DNA from: a bacterium
GTDB taxonomy: Bacteria > Patescibacteriota > Microgenomatia > Daviesbacterales > UBA10151
Assembly (NCBI GenBank): GCA_021786315.1
Contig: JAJYNN010000002.1
Span: 462,997-526,996 of the forward strand
Direction of reading: 5' to 3'
DNA: 64,000 nt
Shown here: piece by piece, positions 17,502 to 26,228 of the stretch
Layout: every line of letters begins with the position of its first letter
How positions within the stretch are numbered: position 1 is the first letter of the stretch
Made by a program: the position numbers and the translations under genes
The notes under the pieces: model-generated
What the model was told of the DNA's origin: nothing
Seen by the model: only the letters and a program-made list of their open reading frames with translations
Database searches by the model: none

Positions 17502-18363
17502 ACCAGCGGGAAAATATTCCGGTGGAAAGCACTCTTTCCCCGGTCTTTTCTTCCAGGCCCAGTTCCCCTGACTCAAAGCTCCCTCCTAAATTGCCCAGAT
17601 AATCCTTAAGAACGTTTTCTAACATTAAGGCGGAAGCGGAGATGGCATAAGCATTAACCAATACAAAAACTGGCTCATTTGTTAGGATCTGGCGGCAAAT
17701 TTGGACCAATTTAGGGAATGACTCATTAAAATCCCACTTCTCCCCTCCCGGTCCATGCCCGTAGATTGGAGGATCCATAATTATCCCGTCGTACCTTACC
17801 CCCCGTTTAATTTCCCTTTGGCAAAACTTGACGGCATCATCCAAAATCCATCTAATAGGTTTATCTTCTAAATTGGAGGCTTTTTGGTTCTCCTTGGCCC
17901 AGCCTATTGCGGGGTATGAGGCGTCAACGTGGGTGACTTTTGCCCCCGCGGAGGCTGCAGCTAAAGAGGCAATTCCGGTATAGGCAAATAGATTCAAGAC
18001 ACTTAGTGATTTCCCCGACTCCTCAATTTTTTCGCGGATAAAGTCCCACTGGATAGATTGCTCAGGGAATACTCCTGTATGTTTAAAAGGTGACAATTTA
18101 CAATAAAAAGTTAAATCTTTATATTTGACCAGCCACTTTTCCGGGACTTTGCTTTTAAAAATCCATTTCCCTTTATCACCGGATGTTTTTTGGAATTTGG
18201 CATCAAAGTTTTCCCAGGTTTGTTGATCAAGTTTGGGTTTCCAAATTGCTTGAGGATCGGGCCTGATTAAGAGGTATGGCCCGAATTTCTCCAGTCTTTG
18301 GCCATTGCCTGAATCGAGTAATTCGTAGTCACCCCATCCTTTAGTCTGTAGGATTTTCATCAT
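17494..18363 (-). CDS. Class I SAM-dependent methyltransferase (RlmI/RlmK-like)
   Basis: LNLFAYTG, VDAS, IMDPP. Confidence 0.88.
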   Translation of the reverse strand: MMKILQTKGWGDYELLDSGNGQRLEKFGPYLLIRPDPQAIWKPKLDQQTWENFDAKFQKTSGDKGKWIFKSKVPEKWLVKYKDLTFYCKLSPFKHTGVFPEQSIQWDFIREKIEESGKSLSVLNLFAYTGIASLAAASAGAKVTHVDASYPAIGWAKENQKASNLEDKPIRWILDDAVKFCQREIKRGVRYDGIIMDPPIYGHGPGGEKWDFNESFPKLVQICRQILTNEPVFVLVNAYAISASALMLENVLKDYLGNLGGSFESGELGLEEKTGERVLSTGIFSRWSK

Positions 18364-18410
18364 TCTATTTTAGCATTGTTACTTTCTTTACTGTTTTTTA
18401 TCTTGGGGAG

Positions 18411-19034
18411 TTGTATATTAATGACGTGTTTAAGCTTCCTGATTTACCATATGCCTATAATGCTTTAGAACCCTATATTGACCAAGAGACTATGCACATT
18501 CACCACGATGGGCATCATGCCACTTATGTTAAGAATTTAAACGAGATCTTAGCCGGACATGAGGATTTTTTAGGCATGGGTGTAGAAGAGTTGCTGCAAC
18601 ATTTAGACCAAGTGCCGGAAGATATCCGGATTAAGGTAAAAAATAACGCCGGAGGCCATTACCATCATTCTATTTTTTGGACAATATTAGCCCCTGAAGG
18701 AGGCGAGCCTTCCGGAAGACTTCTGGAAGCCTTAAATCAATCTTTTGGCAGTTTTGACGGTTTTAAAACCCAATTCAATAATTCCGCCTCCTCCGTCTTT
18801 GGCAGCGGCTGGACATGGTTGGTAAACGACGCCGGAAGTCTAAAAATAGTCAATTCACCCAACCAGAATTCTCCTATTTCCCTGTTGCAGGTACCAATTT
18901 TAGGAACCGACCTCTGGGAGCATGCTTATTATTTAAAATACAAAAACAAGCGAGCTGAATGGATTGAAAATTTTTGGAAAGTGGTTAACTGGAAAGAGAT
19001 TGAAAATAGATTAGGCGCCTCAGATTTTACCTGA
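18411..19034 (+). CDS. Fe/Mn superoxide dismutase (start may be GTG at 18426)
   Basis: LPYAYNALEP, HHDGHH, GGHYHH, DLWEHAYY. Confidence 0.96.
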   Translation: MYINDVFKLPDLPYAYNALEPYIDQETMHIHHDGHHATYVKNLNEILAGHEDFLGMGVEELLQHLDQVPEDIRIKVKNNAGGHYHHSIFWTILAPEGGEPSGRLLEALNQSFGSFDGFKTQFNNSASSVFGSGWTWLVNDAGSLKIVNSPNQNSPISLLQVPILGTDLWEHAYYLKYKNKRAEWIENFWKVVNWKEIENRLGASDFT

Positions 19035-19041
19035 GGCGCCT
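19013..19041. terminator. Hairpin between convergent genes
   Basis: AGGCGCCTCAG-attttac-CTGAGGCGCCT perfect 11-bp stem. Confidence 0.7.
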
Positions 19042-19048
19042 TTGTCTC

Positions 19049-20038
19049 TTATTTCATTACGGAAACAAGCGGTATATGGTAAGTATAGTTTACTGATTGA
19101 AGGGTAGATGGCGGTGCTGGGTCAGCAACAATTGAAAATCGTTCATTAAGGCGGGCATAGCGGTTATTTACTATGACATAGAGCTTTCCTGACTGGGTTG
19201 GGCGGTCATTGCCAATCCGGAAGGTAATGGCTGTGTCTTCCCACATCACATCACCTGTCCGGGGGATAACCGACGCCAGAACAGCTACTCCGCCATCGTC
19301 GTGTGCCAGCCAGACCTGCAAGGAATCGACTCTGACGTCCGGAGTCAGGAAATTGTTTCCTGTAATCCGCACCGTGTCGCCCGGCCTGGCAGTAAGAGGC
19401 GTGACGCTGCTGATTGTCGGTCTGGGGTTAGTCCACCAGATGTCAGCGCACTTCTCCGCCTTATTGGTTCCTGTGTAGAGTTCGATTAATCCCTCGGCGC
19501 TGTTTTGTCCGGAATCCCACCAGTCTCCGGGTATGATTTCAACCCAGGATTGGCCGGAATCGGGTGTTAGGTATAGCGTCATGTTTGAGGTGTTACTCAC
19601 CAGGACTTTAGCTGCCTCACTGGGCGATGTTGACTTTAGTTTGAACTGTGGTCCGTTGGCGCAGACTGATGGATTCCACCTGGTTCCTGCGAACGGGTTT
19701 TCTCCGGGGTTCCCTATTTGGAATCCATATACCTGGTACATACCAGAGGACTCGGCGTCGAATTGGGCTCTCGTCCATTCCTGGTTGAGTTGCCGGGTGA
19801 CACCGCTAGGAAGACTATACCGGAAATAGGTTGTTGACTGAACCTGGGCAGCAGGATTGCTCCTGGCTTCCCATGAGGTCATCAAGTGTCCGCTGTTGTC
19901 GGGCTGGCTCCAGGTAACCGTCCAAAAGAAATAGGAAGGTCCTCCCTCTCCAACCGGAGATTCCAGGGTGGCGGCGCTGGCCCAACTTGACGAAAGCGCC
20001 ACAAGGATCGCGATGATTACTGCTGATACTCGCTTCAT
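19049..20038 (-). CDS. Secreted protein with C-terminal IPT/TIG-like domain
   Basis: Signal peptide; PTISSVTP...GDTVRITGNNF...WEDTAITF. Confidence 0.8.
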   Translation of the reverse strand: MKRVSAVIIAILVALSSSWASAATLESPVGEGGPSYFFWTVTWSQPDNSGHLMTSWEARSNPAAQVQSTTYFRYSLPSGVTRQLNQEWTRAQFDAESSGMYQVYGFQIGNPGENPFAGTRWNPSVCANGPQFKLKSTSPSEAAKVLVSNTSNMTLYLTPDSGQSWVEIIPGDWWDSGQNSAEGLIELYTGTNKAEKCADIWWTNPRPTISSVTPLTARPGDTVRITGNNFLTPDVRVDSLQVWLAHDDGGVAVLASVIPRTGDVMWEDTAITFRIGNDRPTQSGKLYVIVNNRYARLNERFSIVADPAPPSTLQSVNYTYHIPLVSVMK

Positions 20039-20226
20039 TTTTCCTCCACGTTTGTCTCGTACCTTTTTCCCTTTTAAGATTTGAGAAAAAGCTTGTTATC
20101 TGTAATTTTAAAGAGCTATATAAAACCAAATATCGGCTAGGATTCAGACGGAAAACCGCACTGAGCTAACTTTAACTTGGAAACAATATTTTACTAAAAA
20201 AAGAGAATTAAATCAAATGCTATGAG
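20039..20226 (-). promoter_or_regulatory. Cassette-type leader: CTCATAGCAT-TTGATT-17-TAAAAT promoter, hairpin, boxA (GCTCTTTAAAA, 20116-20106), hairpin, GGAGG SD
   Basis: Same element order and upstream motif as the leaders at 56.3, 57.1 and 57.9 kb. Confidence 0.65.
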
Positions 20227-20280
20227 CCTAATAAAATTAGCCTCTAACCTGAATTTAACATGATTATAGGATAAATTTAA

Positions 20281-20766
20281 TTATTCACCGGGTTTAAGCC
20301 ACTGGATATAGGCACAACCGGTAGCCTTTTTGGCTTCCTTGTCCCAGCCTGCAGTGGAACATTTCTTCATTCTTTTGCCGTTAGCTGTGGTGAATAAAAC
20401 CAAAGCTGCTCCGCAATCGGGGCACATTTCGTCTAAAGTTTCAGAAGTTCCGTTAATCCACTCAACATAGTCGCAACCTGTGGCTTGTTTGGCTTCCTTG
20501 TCCCAGCCTCCGGCGGAGCACTTTTTCATCTTCTTGCCAAAACGGGTCACTTGCATGATTAAAGCTGATCCGCATTTAGGACACTTTTCATCTAATTCCT
20601 GAGGCTCAACCTGCATCCACAAAACATAATCACAACCTTCGTTTTGCCTGGTTTGGGCATTCCAGGAACCGGCTGAACACCGGCGGAGCTTCCTGCCTGT
20701 TGGAGTTTCAATAACATCACCTAAAGCGGAGCCGCACTTTGGACAACTTTCGGAAGTATCTGACAT
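20281..20766 (-). CDS. Stand-alone topoisomerase-type C4 zinc-ribbon repeat protein (3 repeats)
   Basis: Three CPxCG...CS...GCxY units. Confidence 0.85.
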   Translation of the reverse strand: MSDTSESCPKCGSALGDVIETPTGRKLRRCSAGSWNAQTRQNEGCDYVLWMQVEPQELDEKCPKCGSALIMQVTRFGKKMKKCSAGGWDKEAKQATGCDYVEWINGTSETLDEMCPDCGAALVLFTTANGKRMKKCSTAGWDKEAKKATGCAYIQWLKPGE

Positions 20767-20835
20767 GAAATTTAGAATACCACAATTATTTAATAAATTA
20801 CAGATAATATTTTTGTTCTATGCTAAAAATTAGCA

Positions 20836-21159
20836 GTGATCTCCTTTTTAACAGTCTTTTTAAGGCTACTTCGGGGTCTATGGAATGGCTTTAAAATCCC
20901 TGAATTTCGGGCTTTAGCTTTGGTTTTGGCAGGCCTACTTCTTACCGGCACAATTTTTTACAGCCGGATAGAACACTGGAAACCCCTTGATGCATTGTAT
21001 TTTTGTGTAGTGATGTTAGCTACAGTTGGCTTTGGGGATTTGACGCCTAAAACGGATTTGGGGAAGGCATTTACCATTTTGTATATTTTTGTCGGAGTGG
21101 GGATTTTAGCCAGTTTTATAACTCTTTTGGCAACTTATTCCCAGAAAAAGAGGGATTAA
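20836..21159 (+). CDS. Two-TM potassium channel (KcsA-like)
   Basis: TVGFGD selectivity filter. Confidence 0.92.
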   Translation: MISFLTVFLRLLRGLWNGFKIPEFRALALVLAGLLLTGTIFYSRIEHWKPLDALYFCVVMLATVGFGDLTPKTDLGKAFTILYIFVGVGILASFITLLATYSQKKRD

Positions 21160-21194
21160 TACTCCATTGAGGAAGTTAAAGCCATTCATTGTGC

Positions 21195-21395
21195 TTAAGT
21201 AATCTTGTGCCAAAGATCTTTCGCCTGGTCTTTGATATCGTCGACAACATTTCTACCCTTATCTTCGGCCTTTTTAGCCAACATATCCTGATGACTTTTA
21301 TTTTTGGCCATCTCTTTCATATGCTCTGTCTTCTCCCTTTCGTTGGCGGCGGTAAAGTCGCCTGCCGGACATCTCCAATATGCCATACCTCTCAC
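21195..21395 (-). CDS. Small hypothetical protein
   Basis: GGAGGTGA SD upstream of MAYWRCP. Confidence 0.55.
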   Translation of the reverse strand: MRGMAYWRCPAGDFTAANEREKTEHMKEMAKNKSHQDMLAKKAEDKGRNVVDDIKDQAKDLWHKIT

Positions 21396-21509
21396 CTCCT
21401 TTAAGGCTTATATCATGAAACACCCCAGTAAATTCCCTGTTATAAGGTGGCATGTAATCTGTAAGACATGGAGGTTGACTACTTATTAGAGAATGTTATT
21501 ATTAATATA

Positions 21510-21845
21510 GTGAAACTTCTTTTTAACTGGTTAATTTCTGCTTTGGTAATCCTCTCTGTCCCCTATATTCTTCCGGGGGTGCATGTTCAAAGCTTTACTG
21601 TGGCACTGGTTGTGGCGTTGGTTTTGGGTATAATTAATGCTTTCCTGCGGCCTCTCCTTTTATTTTTAACCTTGCCTTTAAATATCCTGACCTTTGGTTT
21701 ATTTACCCTGGTAATTAACGCCGTATTAATTATGCTTACAGGATCGCTTGTTTCCGGGTTTGTGGTGGATAACTTTTGGTGGGCTTTGCTTTTTGGACTG
21801 GCGCTTTCTGTAATTAATACATTCCTGCGTAAGATTTCCCGCTAG
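21510..21845 (+). CDS. YvlD/4-TM phage-holin-family membrane protein
   Basis: INAFLRPLLLFLTLPLNILTFGLF. Confidence 0.88.
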   Translation: MKLLFNWLISALVILSVPYILPGVHVQSFTVALVVALVLGIINAFLRPLLLFLTLPLNILTFGLFTLVINAVLIMLTGSLVSGFVVDNFWWALLFGLALSVINTFLRKISR

Positions 21846-24490
21846 GTCACAAAGGCCGGGTTCTTAATATAGTATTTATTATCCGTAATGTAGTTTGTGA
21901 TAACGTAGTCGGCGTTCATATTGGTTGTTAAGGTAAAGTCTGCCATCTTAAAGTCATCGTTAAAGAAAATTACCGCTTTGATGTTGGGCATGGTAGGGAT
22001 GTCTTCTGACAGGGTTTGTTCAAACCAAAGGTATTTTAAGCCTCCGGCGCTTGAGGATGAGGTCTCAGCCACCATTATCGGCTTATGGTAATTGGATAAA
22101 ATAGTATAAGTATCATAAGCCAGACTCTTGAAGGAGTTCCAGTAGGTTACCCCCGGATTAGAGGTTCCCCAGTTAAACCCGGAAAAACCCACCCAGTCAA
22201 CATACTGGTCTCCCGGATAGTATTTAACAATAGAATCTCTATTGCCGTCGGCATCTGTGGCATTGGGAGCCCAAATCCACATGACATTATTGGCATGCTC
22301 TTCCTGGAAAATATTGTAAACATGTATCCACATCTTGATGTAATCATCAGGCGTATTGCCATTTATGTCTCCCCAGGGGTACCAGTTACCGTTCATCTCG
22401 TGGGCAAAACGGAGGAAGAAAGGTTTACGGTAGGCAGCTGCTTCCCTTGCCCATTGGTGGATGTAGCTGTCGTATTGGCCACTGGCTATAGCTTTGGGGG
22501 AGTATTGGGTTTGCTCGGTTGAGCCCTTAACAGGATCACCTTTTGACGGATCCCAAGGCTCCCAGGTAATTACCGGTACAACATTTTGGTTAGATAAAGC
22601 ATTCATAAAATTCAAATCAAATTGTGGTTCGCTTCCCCATTCCTGGTAAAACATGACCAATGATGGTTTTTCTCCGGAAATTACCCCCACTTCCGGATCT
22701 TTTGGGTGGGTATTTAAGCTTGGCAGGTAATAACCATAATAGGCTCCATTTTCCGGAATGACCAGCTTCTGTTGCTTAATGGTATTGGCGAGGAACAAGT
22801 TTGGCGATCCTTCTGTAGCAAAAGTATAGATACTTGTACTGTTGGTAATTAGCAGAATCACGGCTAAAGCAAATGCCGGTTTGACAAGGACTTTTCCGGA
22901 GAATTTTACCCATCTGAATAACAAATCCAGAGGTTTAAAAATAAAGTCTTCTATTGGCTGTATATGGTAATTCTCCCGAAAGATTAGATAAAACCCTAAG
23001 GCCAGGATTGTGGTATCGAAAGTTGCCCAGAAATAATTAAAAAAACCGCCCAAGTAATGAGTTAAACTATGGGTGATACTGTAATAAAGCCCGATGGCTA
23101 AAACAGCCAGGATTACAAGTTGTACTCGGTAAACATTAAACACGTTTTCCTTTTGGTATTTTTTGATTGTGACAACAAAACTCGACCTCTTACCTAAAAT
23201 ACTGGAGACAAGGGCTCTGACAAAAACCGGGAAGGAAATAACATCCAGGACGATACTTTTTAACGGTTCCCGGAAAAGCATCCCGAACATGACAAAGTTA
23301 TAAATCAAATATGGGCCGTAAATTAGAAGCAGAAAATTTATGGTGTTTGGCTTGATTGGTGAAATGCCGAAGAACAGATACGGAATTGGAGCCAAAATTA
23401 AGATTAAATCCCTGAGGCCGATAAGGTAATATGTCGCGGCCACTAAATAGTGGAATTTTTGTTTTAAGGTTAAGGGTCCGAAAAGTATGTGTTTAAAGTA
23501 AGCCCTGGTGACATCAAAGTTGCCCTTTGACCAACGCTGCTGTTGGGAAAAATATGCCTTTAGGGATTCAGGAGCCATACCGTAAGCTAATACCTTGGGC
23601 ATGAAAACTCCCCTTTTCCCTTTCATATGCAATTCCAAAGAAGTTGCATAGTCCTCAGTGATAAACCTGGTGTCCATCCCTCCGACAGAATTCAAGGCCT
23701 CACGCCTGATCATAAAATTCGTACCGCACAAAAACAGTGCGTTATTGTAACCTGTTGCCGGGCAAACATGGTCAAAGAAAAATATCTGGTGGGCGGCTGC
23801 CCCTTTAGCCACCCATGATTGCTCATTTTGGTATCTTTGCGGACTTTGGACGAAGTCGATCTTTGGGTTTTTAAACGGTTTTGTCATCTCCAGTAAAAAT
23901 TCGTCCGTTGCTTTAAAGTCCGAATCAAAAACAACGTCTAAGGTATTGTGGGGGTCAGGGGTTTCAAGGGTTTTTAATGCATTATTTATATTCCCTGCCT
24001 TAAAACCTCCCGGTATTTGACGGGTGATGCATCTTACCCCCATGTTTTCCGCCAGTTGTTCAATTTCCTGCCAGTTGTCCTTATCGGCGACATATCCGTC
24101 GTTTAAAACTACAACCTGGGGTCTGTGTACGGGTTTAATTGTTTTGGTATAGGTGTCAGCGGCATTCTTGGCTCCCTGGATAGTGTTTCTGACGATATCA
24201 GTTGGTTCCCCACAAACGCAAATCAATAGATTAATCCGCAGGTTACGGTCATAATTAATATCTTCCCATTTGTCGTAATTGCGCGGCCAGAGATTATAAA
24301 ACATGCCGAAAAGATGAAGAATTGTATGGGATTCAGCCAAAAATACAATAATGCTGAAGATGGCAATAACAGGAGTGAGATTTATATATTGGATACGGAA
24401 GTAAACATAAAACGAAAGTAAGATAACCCCTAAAATTAGAACAATTTTCTTCCCCAGCTCACGTAAACCTTCCATTGGACTGCTCTCCAA
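21842..24490 (-). CDS. Cellulose-synthase-like GT2 fused to a C-terminal GH26 domain
   Basis: KAGNIN, FDSD, TED, QQQRW; C-terminal FAHEMNGNWYPW and AETSS. Confidence 0.9.
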   Translation of the reverse strand: MESSPMEGLRELGKKIVLILGVILLSFYVYFRIQYINLTPVIAIFSIIVFLAESHTILHLFGMFYNLWPRNYDKWEDINYDRNLRINLLICVCGEPTDIVRNTIQGAKNAADTYTKTIKPVHRPQVVVLNDGYVADKDNWQEIEQLAENMGVRCITRQIPGGFKAGNINNALKTLETPDPHNTLDVVFDSDFKATDEFLLEMTKPFKNPKIDFVQSPQRYQNEQSWVAKGAAAHQIFFFDHVCPATGYNNALFLCGTNFMIRREALNSVGGMDTRFITEDYATSLELHMKGKRGVFMPKVLAYGMAPESLKAYFSQQQRWSKGNFDVTRAYFKHILFGPLTLKQKFHYLVAATYYLIGLRDLILILAPIPYLFFGISPIKPNTINFLLLIYGPYLIYNFVMFGMLFREPLKSIVLDVISFPVFVRALVSSILGKRSSFVVTIKKYQKENVFNVYRVQLVILAVLAIGLYYSITHSLTHYLGGFFNYFWATFDTTILALGFYLIFRENYHIQPIEDFIFKPLDLLFRWVKFSGKVLVKPAFALAVILLITNSTSIYTFATEGSPNLFLANTIKQQKLVIPENGAYYGYYLPSLNTHPKDPEVGVISGEKPSLVMFYQEWGSEPQFDLNFMNALSNQNVVPVITWEPWDPSKGDPVKGSTEQTQYSPKAIASGQYDSYIHQWAREAAAYRKPFFLRFAHEMNGNWYPWGDINGNTPDDYIKMWIHVYNIFQEEHANNVMWIWAPNATDADGNRDSIVKYYPGDQYVDWVGFSGFNWGTSNPGVTYWNSFKSLAYDTYTILSNYHKPIMVAETSSSSAGGLKYLWFEQTLSEDIPTMPNIKAVIFFNDDFKMADFTLTTNMNADYVITNYITDNKYYIKNPAFVT

Positions 24491-24496
24491 GGGTTA

Positions 24497-24522
24497 AAAC
24501 GAAGCAAGGAGGCAAACGTAAC
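24497..24522 (-). promoter_or_regulatory. Putative ECF sigma promoter
   Basis: GTTACG-15 nt-CGTTT; same boxes and spacing as 26095-26120. Confidence 0.7.
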
Positions 24523-24571
24523 ACTAGCCTTGCGGTAAATGGAGTTAGCGGAGGATAGTTTTAGAAAAAGA

Positions 24572-25405
24572 TTATTTTTTACCGTTTCCGTTATTTCTTG
24601 TATGACCTTGGGGATTAGGTGAATCCTGTTTTGGGGACTGGTTCTCTGATGGCCGGTTTGAATTGTTGTCAGGATGAGGACTTTGGCTATTGTTTATTGG
24701 AGGTGAGATTGCAGGTGTTTGTTGTGAAGAACCGCCGCTTGGGGTAATGGCGCGGTTAGGGCTTATTTCAGGCGGCGCTTGCTCGATTATTAGGGTTGGT
24801 GCAGAAAGTGGGATTTGTTTACTGGCGCCTTCTATTTCAGGCTCACTTTTTTGTGTGTTTGGAAGGGCATCTTTTTCATCTTTTTCTATGTCTTTAACCG
24901 CTTTGCTTGCCTCCGGAAGCTTTTTATTTATCTGGTCATCGTCTAAATGGCCCACCTCTTTGACTTCTTCAATGCTTTGTTTATAACCATTAAGTCCTCT
25001 TTCTATTAAATCTGTTTTGCCTTGTTGTTCCAGCTGTCTTAATTCTTCTGCCCGTCGCTCCACTACTTTAAGCGCAAGGTCTGTCTTTAACTGTTGGGTT
25101 GGAACGGCAGCTATTGCTACTTGTTCTGTTGCTGTCTTGATGGGATAAAGGGGATCAGAAGGCAGTGAGGATTGGGAAGCAAAGGCTATACCTGCTCCGG
25201 ACACCAAAAATGCAAGTGAGGTTGCTGCGATATATCTTAATGGCTTAAAAAACCAGGATGTCTTTTTTGTAAGTATAGGTTGAGGGCTGGTAATATAGTT
25301 TAATAATCTTTTCCGGGTATTAATTTTAAATAAAGGGTCTGGTTTACTTTCATTAAGTTCTGAAAGGTTACTCAGAATTTTTTCCAAGCTTTTGCTTTTT
25401 TTCAT
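24572..25405 (-). CDS. Membrane-anchored putative anti-sigma factor (DUF5667-like)
   Basis: Single TM, SLPSDPLYPIKTATE motif, downstream of ECF sigma. Confidence 0.8.
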   Translation of the reverse strand: MKKSKSLEKILSNLSELNESKPDPLFKINTRKRLLNYITSPQPILTKKTSWFFKPLRYIAATSLAFLVSGAGIAFASQSSLPSDPLYPIKTATEQVAIAAVPTQQLKTDLALKVVERRAEELRQLEQQGKTDLIERGLNGYKQSIEEVKEVGHLDDDQINKKLPEASKAVKDIEKDEKDALPNTQKSEPEIEGASKQIPLSAPTLIIEQAPPEISPNRAITPSGGSSQQTPAISPPINNSQSPHPDNNSNRPSENQSPKQDSPNPQGHTRNNGNGKK

Positions 25406-25536
25406 TTAGCTTTTTCTTGTTTCCCAATTTTAGCTATGAGCTTTTTTTTCATATTTATTTTTGTTTCCTTATCCGGGTTTACTTCCGACATGAATTTCAG
25501 ATGTTTTAAGGTATCTTCTAGTTTTATCTGAGTCAT
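25402..25536 (-). CDS. 44-aa ORF resembling the N-terminal domain of the adjacent anti-sigma (not in ORF track)
   Basis: MTQIKLEDTLKHLKFMSEVNPDKETKINMKKKLIAKIGKQEKAK; ATGA overlap with the next gene. Confidence 0.65.
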   Translation of the reverse strand: MTQIKLEDTLKHLKFMSEVNPDKETKINMKKKLIAKIGKQEKAK

Positions 25537-25539
25537 TTT

Positions 25540-26088
25540 TTAAGATTTCTGCCATTCTAACACCTTTTTTAAAGCCTTAAGCGCCCTACTTTGTAAAACC
25601 CTGACCTGCTCTACCGGTTTATCCAGGATTAACCCGATTTCCTTATTTTCCCGCTCTTCAATAAACTTAAAGATGATTATTTCCTGGTATGTGCTTGGAA
25701 GCTGCCTTATGCCTTGCAAAATCATTTGCTTTTGTATATTTTGCTCGGCGATATCCTCAGGATTTGGTTTCTTATCCTCTATTTCAGAAGTTTCATCGAG
25801 CTGGACGGATTGTTTTTTTGTGCGGTAATGGTCGACCAATTGATTGCGGGCAATCCTAAAAACCCAGGCTTCAAAAGGCAGCCCGTTATCGTGGTAGGTG
25901 CTTAACTTTTCATAAGCCTTTAAAAAGACGCTTTCGGTCAAATCCTCCGACTCCTCCTTATTTCCGGTTCTAAAATACATAAATCTGTATATGCGGTCAA
26001 TTAAGTAATCATATATTTTGCCAAATGATTCCCTATCCCCCTTTTGGGCGTTTTTTACCAATAATCGAATTTCATCCTGATCTTTCAT
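25540..26088 (-). CDS. ECF-family RNA polymerase sigma factor
   Basis: EDLTESVFLKA, FEAWVFRIARNQLVDHYR, region 4 HTH. Confidence 0.95.
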   Translation of the reverse strand: MKDQDEIRLLVKNAQKGDRESFGKIYDYLIDRIYRFMYFRTGNKEESEDLTESVFLKAYEKLSTYHDNGLPFEAWVFRIARNQLVDHYRTKKQSVQLDETSEIEDKKPNPEDIAEQNIQKQMILQGIRQLPSTYQEIIIFKFIEERENKEIGLILDKPVEQVRVLQSRALKALKKVLEWQKS

Positions 26089-26094
26089 AAGTAG

Positions 26095-26120
26095 AAACGA
26101 AGAACTTGCAAAAACGTAAC
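26095..26120 (-). promoter_or_regulatory. Putative autoregulatory ECF promoter
   Basis: GTTACG-15 nt-CGTTT ending 6 nt before the ATG. Confidence 0.7.
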
Positions 26121-26228
26121 TTTGATGTTCCCTATATCTTGAAAGCTCCAGGGTCAGAGTAACTTATTAATGTGGAGGAAAGTACAGTAAAAGGTAATAA
26201 ACAGGAAAGAAATTAAAGCTTTACTTAC

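Noticed and set aside
20330-20509. 21-bp direct repeat TTGGCTTCCTTGTCCCAGCCT
   Set aside because: Explained by internal repeats of the zinc-ribbon protein (GWDKEAK).
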